Shown here piece after piece: positions 12,671-25,307 of a stretch of 43,613 bases of DNA. The DNA lies in NCBI RefSeq assembly GCF_004010195.1, contig NC_057711.1, forward strand, positions 82,605,089 through 82,648,701, read 5' to 3'. The position numbers were made by a program, and so were the translations under genes. This stretch comes from Chiloscyllium plagiosum. Lineage: Eukaryota. The first letter of the stretch is position 1. Each line of letters starts with the position of its first letter. The notes under the pieces were generated by a model. That model was given only the letters and a program-made list of their open reading frames with translations, was not told the origin of the DNA and searched no databases.

Positions 12671-13440
12671 GCTGGTGGTACTGTAGGTCATGGGCATAGT
12701 CTGCACACAGTCCAGGGCTTGAACATGGTCAGCTATCTGTTCAGGCATGTTAGAGAGAGGAAATGTCTGTGTATAGTCCAGGGAATGGGCAATGGTCTGT
12801 CCTGTAGGGCTAGAACAAGCAGTCAGGGAAATTGCATATCTTCAGTTGGGAAGCTGCAAAGATAGGGGTCAGGGGCTATTACATCATGTCAACAGGCTGC
12901 TTGTCAATCTTCAGTCAGAAATTTGGGACAAATAAAGTCCTGGGTGTCTGTGTATTGATCGTTGAGGAGGGTTTGTGGAAGAATCAAGTTTGGGAGGATA
13001 GGGGCATGTACAGAGGAGGGGACAAGTGTGGTGATGGGGCTATCTCAAGATATGGGAGGGTTGACAGATGGAACAGCATTGGATAGCATAGTTGAAGGAT
13101 GCTGCTGGCAGTGACATAGAAGAGCAGGTTGTGCATCAGTAAGGTGTAATGTCAGGGCTTAGGGAGCATGGAGGGCATTTGGTGGTAAAGTCCAATGTGA
13201 TGGATCTTCACATAGAGGGGATGTATGGGAATGGGCCACTGGATAGTGCAAAGTAAAGAGGAACACATGGGCTGTGAAACAGGTAACTGATAATCAGCTG
13301 AAAGCCAGTACTAATGGTGTTCACCTTGATCTGCGATCTCTGCCATCAGTCACCATTCTTTAGATGTGAAATACAACTGTAATTTGCCTGAAGCAAGGCC
13401 CAGAAAGAGAGGAGTCAGTGTCAATTTGTTGGGTGAAAAT

Positions 13441-13888
13441 GAGAGGAACTTGTGTATGTCATTCAGCCCCTTAAGTCTATTCCGCCATTCAATAGGATCA
13501 TGGTTGATCTTACCTCAGCCTCAACTCCGCTTTCCTGATTGCTCTATATAACCTTTCAGTCCATTATTAATTAAAAATATATCTATCTCCTCCCTAAATT
13601 TACTTACTATCCTGGCATCTTCTGTACTCTGGGGTAGTGAATTCCACAGATTCATGGTACTTTGAGAAAAGTCATTTCTCCTCATCTCTTTTAATTCTGC
13701 TCCCCCTCTTCCTAAACTATGAGCTTCAATTACGTATTGTCCCACAAGGGGAAACATACTTTCTACATCTACTTCATCAATCCCCTTTAGTATCTGAGAT
13801 CTCCTCTCATATTTCTGAATTCTGAAGAGTATACACCTAAACTGCTCAATCTCTCTTCATAAGACAAACCTCTCATCTCTGGAATCTG
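13441..13888 (-). mobile_element. CR1 3' region
   Basis: ORF 13521-13757 reads EMRRNDFSQSTMNLWNSLPQ...FREEIDIFL. Confidence 0.75.
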
Positions 13889-14617
13889 CTATTTGCTCGA
13901 ACTTTGAAGGACAAATATATGAAGCAGCTGTTTGCAAACTCCAACTGCATTTAGTTTCTAGGCATTTCTTCACCCATTTGCAATGTGTGCATAGTGAATG
14001 TGTTTCGGCTTCAAATGCTGGTCAAAGGCACCTTGCACCATGCATAGGTGTTTTCAAATCTAACATTAGTAACTCAATGATGGTGAAGTTTGTAAAAATG
14101 ATTTGAAAAGAAGCTGGCTGAAAGAATCTTGACACTTATCAAACTTCCAAGTGTGCTGAGGAAGGAGAGGAGCATTGCTTTATTATATGTCCTGTAAGTA
14201 TGACAATGAACTCTACTGAATGCAATGAAAAGCTGAATGATTGATGTGAGTCTGGGATAGGGAGTGGTCCATAGTCTGCAGGCACTCCCTTCATGATGCA
14301 ATGCGTTGGTCACTCAGCCTGGCACCTTCAGTAGTGCTGCTGAAGATGCGGTTCTGCAGCTTGGACTGGTCAGGGAAGACCCCTATAGTTTAGTCTGGAC
14401 AGAATGTGCTTCATCATCCTGGCATACTGTGTTCTGCACAATTGGAATAGGCAATGAGGTAATGTTCTGGCTGCTGAGGAAATGGTCGAATGGGAGTAGC
14501 TTTTCAAGGAAAAGGATGGTGACTGTAAAACTGAGAAAACTCTCCTTACGCATGACACAGCTCAGCTGAGTTAGATATGACCAGCCAGACAGATCCTGAT
14601 TGAAAACCAACTCCAGC

Positions 14618-14822
14618 AGTTAAACATCACACAACATCAGGTTATAGTCCAACAGGTTTATTTGGAAGCACTAGCTTTTGGAGTGCTGCTCCTTCATCAA
14701 GTGGTCGGAAGGAGCAGTGCTCCAAAAGCTAGTGCTTCCAAATAAACCTGTCAGACTATAACCTGGTGTTGTGTGATTTTTAACTTTGTACACCCCAGTC
14801 CAACACTGGCATCTCCAAATCA
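14618..14822. mobile_element. Miniature fold-back PLE-derived element (second family)
   Basis: Arms of about 80 bp (14618-14697, 14708-14785) plus a 3' extension of about 37 nt. Decayed hammerhead TGATGA-a-ggagc-agc-actcc-aAAAGCTA-gtg on the minus strand. No clear TSD. Confidence 0.75.
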
Positions 14823-15092
14823 CAGCTTCAGTCGATGAGAGTTTGTTGCAGCAAACCATCATGGAATGTATACTGATTGTTAGTCATGATACTAGTGGAG
14901 CAAACTGCAGCCTCTACTCATTTTGTTCATGTTTGCTTTTTCTGTCTGTAAATAAAAGCTCTTTACTGAAGTTGTGCTGATTGATTGTCTGTATTATGTT
15001 TCCCTACGGTTAAAAATAACAAGATACAGACCTCCAATGGTCACTGGGGACAGAGTACTGGTGACTTACAGAGCGTCAATAAATAGTTTTTA

Positions 15093-15325
15093 AAAATTCA
15101 TTCATGGGATGAGGGCATTGCTGGCTATTATTCATTGCCCATCCCTAATTCCCCATAGGACAGTTAAGAGTCAACCACATTTCTGTGGGTCTGGAGTCAC
15201 ATGCAGGCCCAACCAGATAGTTCCACCAGCTGCTGTGGTAGGATTTGTATTCAGGTTCCTCAGAACATTACCAGGATTTCTAAATTAACGGTCAAGCAAT
15301 AATACCACTCAGCCATCACCTCCCC
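15093..15325 (-). mobile_element. tRNA-derived SINE (SacSINE1/DeuSINE-like), internally deleted
   Basis: Minus-strand head ggggaggtgatggctgagtggta, core gtgactccagacccacagaaatgtggttgactcttaactg, 3' ttagggatgggcaatgaat. Confidence 0.6.
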
Positions 15326-15539
15326 TTTATTTCAGTTAAAGATAGGTAATCTGTGTGGCCTGCTGATTTAACAACAACTAGAGTGAGAGAATGGGAATGT
15401 ACGTGGGAGGGAGTGTCAGCCATGCTGGCAATGTAAGTGAGCATTCTGGCTGCTGTGTCATTATGTTGGGGCAGTAATTGGCAGGTTGGAATTATCCTAC
15501 TCTCTGTGTGCAGTACATACCTGGTTAACTTTCCATATT

Positions 15540-15741
15540 GGAGGAGAAAGTGAGGACTGCAGGTGCTGGAGATCAGAGCTGAAAATGTGTTGCTGGAAAA
15601 GCGCAGCAGGTCAGGCAGCATCCAAGGAGCAGGAGAATCGATGTTTCGGGCATGAAGAAAGGCTCATGCCTGAAACATTGATTCTCCTGCTCCTTGGATG
15701 CTGCCTGACCTGCTGCGCTTTTCCAGCAACACATTTTCAGC
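15540..15741. mobile_element. Miniature fold-back PLE-derived element with TSD
   Basis: Near-perfect arms of about 75 bp (15577-15742). TSD taactttccatatt at 15526-15539 and 15742-15755. Confidence 0.88.
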
Positions 15742-16544
15742 TAACTTTCCATATTATCAGGTGTTGTAGCTGCACTGAGCTTCAATTGCACAGTTTGGAG
15801 AAGCAGATTATGTCCCAACGTGGAGAGATATTTTGTGTTTTTCCCTTTGGCAAACACACAGCTCAGGCGTTTCAACTCTGCAGACATGGACTAATGGTAC
15901 TGAATGCTCTCGTGCGTACAAGCCTGCATTAAAATGTTAGTATGCTGTGAAGGTTGGAGTCAAAGAACTATTCCTTATTCAACTTGCATTGCAGGTAAAG
16001 GAGGATCCTCTCTCACCTCTTGTGCTTCACACCAGATTAAAAGGGAGTCAGGATGAAGGAACTTCAATCAGCCTGCAAAACCAAAAATCTCAAAGATTGT
16101 CTGCTCAACTATCAAAGGCAACAATGCCAATAAATTCCAGTACAGTGGCCACAATATTTAACTATTTACTCTTGGTAAAGATTTCAAAGAGTGATCTGTA
16201 TATATGCTTTTTGACTTCTCCTTTATTTCTAATCTGTGCACATGTGTACTGCATTACTAATTTGTCTTGCTTTTAAAATATTCAGTTCATTTGGGTCTGG
16301 AAGAAAGGTCTCCACAATGCAAAGGATTCTTCCAAATTAAGTTTGATGCAATGAACATAGTGGATGGGTGAAGGAAAAAAGGGAGCAAGTTCATCCCTCC
16401 TGTCTTTCGAACCATAATGAATTGGAGAACACTGTCCAGGGTCTGGTCATAACAAAGTGAGTTTCATCCAGAATCTGGTCATAATAAAAGGCAAGGGAGG
16501 AGTAGAAACTCTTGCTCAGAAATGTTGGCAGATAAGGCTATAAG

Positions 16545-17281
16545 ACCATATGACCATAAGACATAGGAGCAGAAATTAGGCCATTCAGCCCATTGAGTCT
16601 GCTCTGCCATTCAATCATGGATGATAAGTTTCTCAAACTCATTTTCCCACTTTCTCCCCGAAACTCTTGATCCCCTTGATACTCAAGAACCTATCTATCT
16701 CAGTCTTAAATTTACTTAGTGACCTTGCCTCTACAGCCTTCTGTGGCAATGAATTCCACAGATTCACCACTCTCTGGCCAAAGAAATTTCTCCCAACTTA
16801 ACTTTACTCTAAACTATGCCCTTGAGTCCTGGTCTCTCCTACCAATGGAAACATCTTCCTAACATCTATTCTGTCCAGGCCATTCAGTATTCAGTATGTT
16901 CCAATTAGAATCCCCCTCATCCTTCTAAACTCCATGGAGTACAGACCCAGAGTCCTCACACTTCCCTCATATGTTAAGCCTTTCATTCCTTGGATCATTC
17001 TCGTGTATCTCCTCTGAACATGCTTCAGAGTCAGTGCATCCTTCCTGAGATATGGGATCCAAAACTGTGCATAATTCTCAAAATGTGGTCTTACCAGAGC
17101 CTTCTAGAGCCTCGGAAGTGCATCCCTGCTTTTATATTCACCTCCTCTCAAAATAAATGCCATTATTGCATTTGTCTTCCCAACTACTGGTTCAACCTGC
17201 AAATTTACTTTATGAAAATCCTGGAATAGAACTCTCAAGTCTCTTTGCACTTCTGACTAATGAATTTTCTCTCCATTTAGA
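16545..17281 (-). mobile_element. CR1 LINE 3' part
   Basis: gaccatatgaccataaga tail. cagattcaccactctctgg and ccaaaactgtgcataattctc are antisense of RVVNLWN and NYAQFW. Confidence 0.85.
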
Positions 17282-17384
17282 ACATGGAGAGAATTGTTTA
17301 AGAGTTCCAGAAGGCACCTGACACTGCACCCCCCATACAAACCTTGACTCTTAACCTCCAAAGGATACTGGAGGCGATCTGTGA

Positions 17385-17962
17385 GGATAGCACAAGGAAG
17401 GATATGAAATGGGCAAAAACTTGGGAGGTGGGGCAAAGAGGTTATGCATTTTGGCAGGGAAGGGAATAGAAAAGCTAAATATTATTTAAATGGCAGAAGA
17501 CTACAGAAAGCTACAGAACAGAGGGATTTGGGAGTCTTCCTCCTTGAATTACAAAAAGTTAGTATTCAAATTCAGCAGGTATTGTAAAGTCAAATGGAAT
17601 GTTGGCCTTTATGCAAAAGTGGCTTGACAGGGTAGATCCAGAAAGGTTGTCTTCCAATGTGGGAAAATCTAGGACCAGAGGGCACAATAATAAGATGTTG
17701 CACATTAAAAACAGAGTTGAGAAGGCATTCCTTTCTTGAGTGTTTTGAATCTGTGGCAAATTCTTTAACACAGAAGCACGTTGAGGTTAGGTCATTAATT
17801 ATATTCAAGGCTGAGATAGACAGAATTTTAATCAGTAGGAGAATCAGGGATCATGGGGTAAGGCTGGAAAGAGGACTTGTTTATTATTAGATCAGCCATG
17901 ATCTCAATGAATGGTAGAGCAGATTCATTAGGGCTGATAGGCTTACTCCTGCTTCTACTTCT
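17385..17962 (+). mobile_element. CR1 3' part with internal deletion
   Basis: gttatgcattttggcagg (VMHFG), QRDLGV-like segment and IFKAEIDRIL. Confidence 0.75.
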
Positions 17963-19154
17963 TTGAATGGTCTTTTGGACTTAAAATCACTCTCAAGCTG
18001 TCCAGGGACCATACCCACAGGGTACCTTAGATTTTCAAGTGGGTACACCCTTCCTATTCAACTTAAACACATGGAAACGGACCTGTTCTTACCTGGCCTA
18101 ATCTCCACTCCATCTGTTTCACACTTAAGGTTCTCCAGAATCTATTTCAGTGGAGGCAGTAGTCATTTAAGTGAACAGACCATCTCCTAGAAGTGTGCAT
18201 GTGTAAAATAGCCTGCTGCAATTCATCATAATTGAGAGATGCTGGTTTTGGGGGCTGGACTTGCAATTGCCGACATTTTATGGCACTTTCATGTGTCAGA
18301 GCTACTCTCAATTCTGGTGAAAATCAAGGCTACAGTTTTTAGTTTGCACTGGTGTCATATTGATACATGCAGGAATTGTCATTGGCTTTTTTTCTGGGTA
18401 ATGTTTCTTCTGCAGGGAGTATCACTCCTGTGGGATTTGTTGTTCCATTTCCATTGATGGATTTCTGAGTCTGAAGGTTGATTTGTGGATTTGACAGTCT
18501 GTTTTATCTGTTCTTCAGAGATGTTTGGGGTGGAATTCGGCCTGGACCAGTGTCTTTCCAAAAGTGTTAAGAGTATAGATTTGTTTAGCTGCCCTGGCTT
18601 GCTTAGCAGATCTAACATAATTTTGTAATTTTGCTCTTGTGAGTGCAAAAACTGGTCTTTGCTTCATGTTTCATTTCAGCCAGTGGTGGGAGAGGAAAGC
18701 TTTCCAGCTTTAGTGTCTTACTCAGTGTTCAGCTGTGATCTGCTTCTTTATTCCTTTTCAGTTTGTTGAAGCAGCTTTTCTCAGCAATCAACATTCCTGT
18801 GTCTCTGTGTCAATCGACATGTCTTTTCACAGCCCTTCAAAACTCTACTTCAGTTCCAACTCTGACACCATATTTTGAGCTCGGAAAACCTGTTTTGTGG
18901 CTTTATTTAAATTAGCTGAAGACAACTGCTCGTGGTTGACATCATATAAATATGGGAAGCCCGGAAGCCTGTTACTATAGGTTGCATTTCTATACCAGTC
19001 ATGGTGTCCAAAGCTTTAACATACATATCACTTATTTCACATTTTTTTGAGGTTTTAGTACACCTAGTATTTTGAATGGTTATTTTGGCATTTGTTCTCT
19101 TGACGATATTCCATTAACATTTTTTGATTTGACAGTGTGAAATGTATCCTTGAA

Positions 19155-19422
19155 GATTAGATAACTTCGTGTGGAAACAGGCCCTTCAGCCCAACAAGCC
19201 CACACCGACCCTCTGAAGAGCAACCCTATATTTACCCCTTCACCTAACACTACAGGCAATTTAGCATGGCCAATTCACCAACCTGCACATTTCTGGACTG
19301 TTAGAGGAAACCGGAGCACCCGGAGGAAACCCACGCAGACACGGGGAGAATGTGCAAACTCCACACAGACTGAGGTGGGAATTGAATCCGAGTCTCTGGC
19401 GCTGTGAGGCACCGTGCCACCC
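19155..19422 (-). mobile_element. HE1-like V-SINE
   Basis: Reverse complement of the 4301 family: ggaaacccacgcagacacggggagaatgtgcaaactccacac with gattagat tail. Confidence 0.88.
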
Positions 19423-19973
19423 TTTATATACTATATTGGAAATATTTGTGACCCTGAAATGGATCCACAGAGTGACTTGCAATAGCTTTAGATTGTGTGT
19501 AATTAGGATCACAACATACTACTGGTACAGGTTACACAAAGCTTTGCTGACTATCTCAGCAACCTAATAGTTAAGCTAATTACTGCTCAAGGAAGGAATG
19601 ACTGCTCATCTCTGTTTTTAGCTGCCGATATGCAAAGTGTTCAATTTGATAAAACTGTCATTCCCCACTTTAAAGATTTTTTTTGATGTCTTATAAATAT
19701 GGCCTTTTGTTCTGTACCCCACAACTGGAAGAAAAATCTGAAATGATTTTTGTTTGGTGTTATGGCTGTTATTGGTTCATTTGCATAACTTTTATTACAT
19801 TTTGTTTCATTTCCTTTTTCCTGAACAACTCCTGAATTTAATTATCATACTTGGCAGCATTTGGATCAGAAGCAAAGTTCAAGGCTTCCCACAAAGTTCA
19901 AGCACTGAAAAAAGCCTGATTTTACAGATACATAACTGTTATGCTGTCGTTGAGTAATCCTGGTTTCTTGAGG

Positions 19974-20061
19974 ATTTCCCATTTAAAAATGGTCTTTTCA
20001 AAGCAACAAGAGTTTGAATTTCCCATTTTAAAATGGTCTTTTCAAAGCAACAAGAGTTTGA
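19974..20061. repeat. Tandem duplication, 2 x 44 bp
   Basis: atttcccattt(a/t)aaaatggtcttttcaaagcaacaagagtttga occurs twice with one mismatch. Confidence 0.9.
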
Positions 20062-21389
20062 CCTAATAACTTATTTCATTGTATTCAAATAGGAGGCTTA
20101 CAAAGTATTGATATTGCACATGGATTTGTAAACATTAGAATCTAAAGGTCTGACCTAAATTTGTTTTTTGTAACTAACGGTCATTGTAGTTGAAGCCAGA
20201 ATTGTTTCTGAATAAACATAATTTATTTCTAGGTATCAAAGTGTATTTGAAGGAGAGAAGGATGAAAATAGCAAAATGTTAACTGTTACACAAAAATACA
20301 AATGGATTCAGAAGTTAGATTGAAACCTACTCATGATTGGCTATACTGAGCTAGAATATTTTGACACAATCCATGCAGTCATTAAATCTGGAGAACACAT
20401 TGAATGTTGATGCTCTCAGCAGGATAGCACCTTTTTGCAAATCCATGTCCAAATATGTTAATATTAAAAAACAATAGATGTGGATACAGGAAACGGCTGA
20501 TATGGAAAGAATTGCACATTTGAAATATCAATGATGTGGAAGGACAGCTTTGATAGTTACAACAAGAAAAATTCATCACACTGGCCTGAAGTCATCATCA
20601 TAGGAAAGCAAACTGACACGAATGCAGTGTTTTACAAGTTGGATATTATGTCTATTGAAATATCTAGAATGCTTTGTAACCATGGTGACTGAAAGACTAT
20701 ATTAAGTTCGAGATCAGATGATGGGCTGTGAGGAAGAAGGTACTTCACCTCAATTTATCTCCTCCATTGAGAAAGGAAACCTAGTATTTCTTATTACAGC
20801 TTGAATGTTCATTGAATACAGCATGAAATGCATTAATTTAACACCCTATTTAAAGAATACCACCACTGTAAATGCCAATTTTGCTCAATGCTGGATCAGA
20901 GTATTGGTCTGAATTATATTTTTAATTTTTGGGGCAGGATTCAAGTCCAAACTTTCTGACTCTAACAAAGGGCAGAATTTGAGGTTCCAGTAGTGGCAGA
21001 ATGTTGGGAGCTAGGCTGGTTTTGTATCATTATTCCTGATGCCAGTGATTTTCATTAGGATAAGGACAAGATGGACTCCAGAAAACTGTCCAGTTTGGGA
21101 ATTTGGGTCAATTAATCCTGTTAATAAGCTCATTATCAGCTAGTTGAGGGCCAGTTTGGAATTTTGGTGGAGCTGCACAAGTTATATGCTGGATCAGGGA
21201 CAGATAAGGTTCATAGAAATATTAACACAGTGGAGAGCCCATCATAGTTTCACTATGATATCATGGGGGCCCATAAAATGGAGCATGGCTGAGAGAGGCA
21301 CTCAGTCATGAACACGCAGCTGTCATCAAATGTACACAAGTTTGAGGAATATGCTGTATATTCTCAGTCAATGCAGGAGATTGTGACTG

Positions 21390-22545
21390 TCAATAATGAT
21401 TTAGATTTGAATATAGGAGGGTTGATCAGTAGTTTCGCAGATGATAGGAAAATTATTGTAATGGTAAATAGTGAAATGGCTATTATAAGATTGGAGGAGA
21501 ATGGTCAGATAGGCTGATCAGTGACAAATGGAATTTAGCACAGATAAGTGTGAGATGATGGTTTGGACAAACAAGATTTGGGATTTCAAGATGAACGATA
21601 GGACCCCGAAAAGCACCTAGGTGAAAACAATGACTGCAGATGTTGGAAACCAGATTCTGGATTAGAGTGGTGCTGAAAAAGCACAGCAGTTCAGGCAGCA
21701 TCCAAGGAGCAGGGAAATCGACGTTTCGGGCAATGAAGAAGGGCTTTTGCTCGAAACGTCGATTTCCCTACTTCTCGGATGCTGCCTGCACTGCTGTGCT
21801 TTTCCAGCACGACTCTAATCCAGAACCCCGAAAAGCACCGAAAATCAGAGGGACGTTATTGTGCACTTCTATTGATCCCTTACAGTAGCAGAACAGATAG
21901 ATAAAGCAGTTAAGAAAGCATACGGGATACTTGCTTTTATTAGTTGAGTGATTGGGTTTAGGAGCAGGGAGGTTATGCTGGAACTGCAGAAAAAAGTTGT
22001 TTGGTCACAGCTAGAGTATTTTGTGCAGTTCTGGAATCCACATTATAGGAGGGATGTGTTAGCACTGGAGAGGGTGCAGAGAAGATTTATCAGGATGTTG
22101 CCTGGGCTGGAGAGTTGTGGTTATGAAGAGAGACTGGACTATTGGGGTTGTTAGCGTAAGGCAGAGGAGACTGGGGGTGTGGGTGCATGATTGAGATGTA
22201 TAAAATATGCGGGACATAAACAGGAAGGAACTTATCCCTTGGTGGAGGGACTAATGACCAGAGGGAATAAATTTAAGGTAAGGCACAGGAGGTTGTGCAA
22301 AGGGAGGATATGAGGACATTTGTTTTCACCTGGGGAGGGGAGAAATCAGGAACTCACTGCCTGTAAGGCAGGAGAGGCGCAAACCTTTACAATATTTAAG
22401 AAGTATTTATATGTAAACTTGCAATACCATACAAGGTGATGGACCAAGTGATGGTAAATGGGATTAGAATAGTTAAGTGCTTGTTTTTGATCAGCCTGAA
22501 TTTTTGATCAAAGGGCCTTTTTCTATGCTGTAACTTTATAAATCT
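21390..22545 (+). mobile_element. Degenerate CR1 (RT C-terminus to 3' end)
   Basis: NDLDLNIGGLISSFADDRKI and LEYFVQFWNPHYRRDVLALERVQRRFIRMLPGL. Interrupted by 21618-21824. Confidence 0.85.
21618..21824. mobile_element. Miniature fold-back PLE-derived element with TSD
   Basis: Arms span 21655-21825 around a truncated hammerhead TGAAGA-a-gggc-tttt-gctc-GAAACGTC. TSD accccgaaaagcacc at 21603-21617 and 21825-21839. Confidence 0.88.
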
Positions 22546-22879
22546 GTGGTGCTGAGGCTGCCTAATGCAGTAGAGTTTTTGTCAAGCACTGCATTGCCTT
22601 CATCTATAGGTGAGGTTATCTTTTAGTCTTCTCCACAATGAATATTTATCTGTCCTTCCCCAACTTGTTTTTGAGAGGTAACTCTAGCAATTGACATGAT
22701 TTCCTTCTCTATGGCAGTGATGGTGCTAAAATGGAACACTATTCCAATGCAGTGATTCATGGACTGAAGAAGCTGCATGTGTCAGTGCTGATAGCCCTTC
22801 AACAACACTAGGGTTCTGAGCCTTGCTGAGGGGTGAGTACGTATCCAAGCCACACTTTTCTCCCATGTTTATGGTTGGC

Positions 22880-23178
22880 ATAGAGTCATAGAGATGTACA
22901 GCACGGAAACAGACATTTACATCCAGCTTGTCCATGTCATCCCAATATCCTAAATTAATCTAGTACCATTTGCCAGTAGTTGGCCCATATCCCTCCAAAC
23001 TCTTCCTAATCATATACACATCCAGATATAATTTAAATATTATAATTGTTCCAGCCTCCACCACTTCCTCTGGCAGCTCATTCCATATGCTCACTACCCT
23101 CTGCATGAAAAATGTTGTCCCTTATGTCCCTTTTAAATCTTTCCCCTCTCACCCTAAACCTATATCCTCTAGTTCTGA
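22880..23178 (-). mobile_element. CR1 3' end
   Basis: atagagtcatagag tail, similar to 4669-4970. Confidence 0.85.
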
Positions 23179-23637
23179 ACATGTATCCTGAGATTCCTCA
23201 GCTGGTCTGTCTGCTGTGTCTGGAAGTCCTACACAAAGATGTGTCATCAAGGTTTGAGATTGCACTCAACTTTCCAGCTTGAAGAAAGCCAACAAAGCTT
23301 TTATGAGCATAGGACCTGGCTCCTCTGAACCATACCTGTTGCTGCTGGTCTCAGTAACTTCAATCCATGCTAATTTTGTTTGGCTCCAGTTTGCCTTCTT
23401 CCACCTTCCAGAAAGAATACTGCCCTCATCTTCTTCAAAGCTTTCAGAAAGACTTCCTGGTCAGAACTGAAGAATTGATTCTCGCATTTCTTCTTTCAAA
23501 TGGCTGCCAAGGTAATGGTCAGATGAATCCTCACTGCCACTTATCATAGCATCGGAGCAATTTTGGTTGATTTGCAGCCAACATCATTCCCGTTTGGAAT
23601 CTTTGTGGCCTTGGTTAGATTAGTCTTCACCTGGTAG

Positions 23638-23801
23638 GCAAAAGTGAGCACTGCAGGTGCTGGAAACCAGAGTTTAGATCAGAGTGGTGCTGGAAAAGCA
23701 CAGCAGGTCAGGCATCCGTGGATGAAGGGCTTTTGCCCGAAACGTCGATTTTCCTGCTCATCGGATGCTGCTTGATCTGCTGTGCTTTTCCAGCACCACT
23801 C
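23638..23801. mobile_element. Miniature fold-back PLE-derived element with TSD
   Basis: agagtggtgctggaaaagcacagcag pairs with ctgctgtgcttttccagcaccactct, around GATGA-a-gggc-tttt-gccc-GAAACGTC. TSD tagtcttcaYctggtag at 23621-23637 and 23802-23818. Confidence 0.85.
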
Positions 23802-23984
23802 TAGTCTTCATCTGGTAGTTAAATGAGAAGATGCTTTTGACTCAAACAAGATTTAGTTCATTATATGATCGCAACTTATAGAAACTATGAGGAAGACACA
23901 GACCCCTTTAAAACCTAATCTGTTCCCCCAATTAGGCTGTTTGACATTATCATAGCGGAAAACAGTAACAGCCAAATTTGTTGC

Positions 23985-24296
23985 ACCATGACTCTGCTGC
24001 ACCAGGGAGGAGGAGGAAGTGTGGGATTACAATAATTATCGGAGATACAATTGTAAGGGGACTAGACAGGTGTTTCTGGTGTTATAAAGAAAGCTCCAGG
24101 ATGTGCCAGGATCAAGGATATCAAGGCTGCAGGACATTCTAGAGGAGGAGGGGGAGTAGCTAGTTGTTGTGGTATACATTGGTGTCAATGTTATAGTTTT
24201 AAAAAAGGGATGAGGTCCTAAAAGCAAAATATAGGGAGTTAGGAAGTCAGTTGAAAAATTGAATTCAAAGGTGGTGATCTCAGGATGACTACCAGG
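23985..24296 (+). mobile_element. Degenerate CR1 ORF1 (SGNH esterase-like) fragment
   Basis: IIGDTIVRG, and VVVYIGVN resembling VVVHVGTN. Confidence 0.6.
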
Positions 24297-24946
24297 GAAA
24301 GGTATTTCTAACTTTCACAGGTCTTCCATCTCAGCGAGTCCTGTTAATGCTGACATATGTTGGCTTCTTGTCCAACGTTTGTATATGTTACATATTTTAA
24401 AGCAATGTGGAGATGACTTTAATTTCTATGTGTTTTCATGATGGTGATAAAATATAGGCTATTGATTTTCAGATTTCATTATCTGGTTTTAATACCTCAG
24501 ACTTTGTGGATTGAAGTGAATTTTTTTAAAGGATTAAAAGCTTCACTTAAATGGCTATAACAATCACATACCTGGAGGTTGGCTAAATCATGAAACCAAT
24601 ATAAGGTGAATAAAGACAGTCTGTTGAAGTTAACACTTTATTAAAATGCACTGAATTCTAATTAGGTATGTAGAAACTCTTGCCTTCTATTTTTGATTTC
24701 CATCTTTTTGCAAATATTCACATGTTGGAGATGGACCTTGCCTAAGGTCAGCAAAGCTAAAGAAACATAAATTACATGCACAGAAAACAATGAAATAAAC
24801 TTTATTTAAAGGAACTGTTTTTGGTAGAGCAATGGAAATTACATTTTGACCTGAGGTCCAGTAGAAGGAGGCTTTCTCTGTAGACCTTTCAAAAGACAAA
24901 ACACGGAGTGACAACATAAACTGTAAAGAAACTGGGAATTTGTGTT

Positions 24947-24986
24947 GCAGACGTTTCGTCCCCTGTCTGGGTGACATCCTCAGTGC
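24947..24986 (-). ncRNA. Minimal hammerhead ribozyme motif in PLE pLTR
   Basis: Minus strand reads gca-CTGAGGA-t-gtcacc-cagaca-ggggac-GAAAC-GTC-tgc, with stem I gca/tgc. Confidence 0.72.
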
Positions 24987-25307
24987 TTGGGAGCCTCCTT
25001 GAAGCGCTTCTGTGATCTTTCCTCCGGCATTTGTAGTGGTTTGAATCTGTCGCTTCCAGTTGTCAGTTCCAGCTGTCCGTTGCAGTGGCCGGTATATTGG
25101 GTCCAGATCGATGTGCTTATTGATTGAATCTGTGGATGAGTGCCATGCCTGTAGGAATTCCCTGGCTGTTCTCTGTTTGGCTTGTCCTATAATAGTCGTA
25201 TTGTCCTAGTCGAATTCATGTTGCTTGTCATCTGCGTGTGTGGCTACTAAGGATAGCTGGTCGTGTTGTTTCGTGGCTAGTTGGTATGTATGGATGCGGA
25301 TCGTTAG

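Noticed and set aside
15486..15932. 148-aa ORF, and the similar ORF at 38262-38564
   Set aside because: The shared peptide comes from reading through the palindromic PLE-derived repeat, not from a gene family.
20531..20693. Short ORF MMWKDSFDSYNKKNSSHWPEV...
   Set aside because: About 53 codons with no recognisable motif or splice context.
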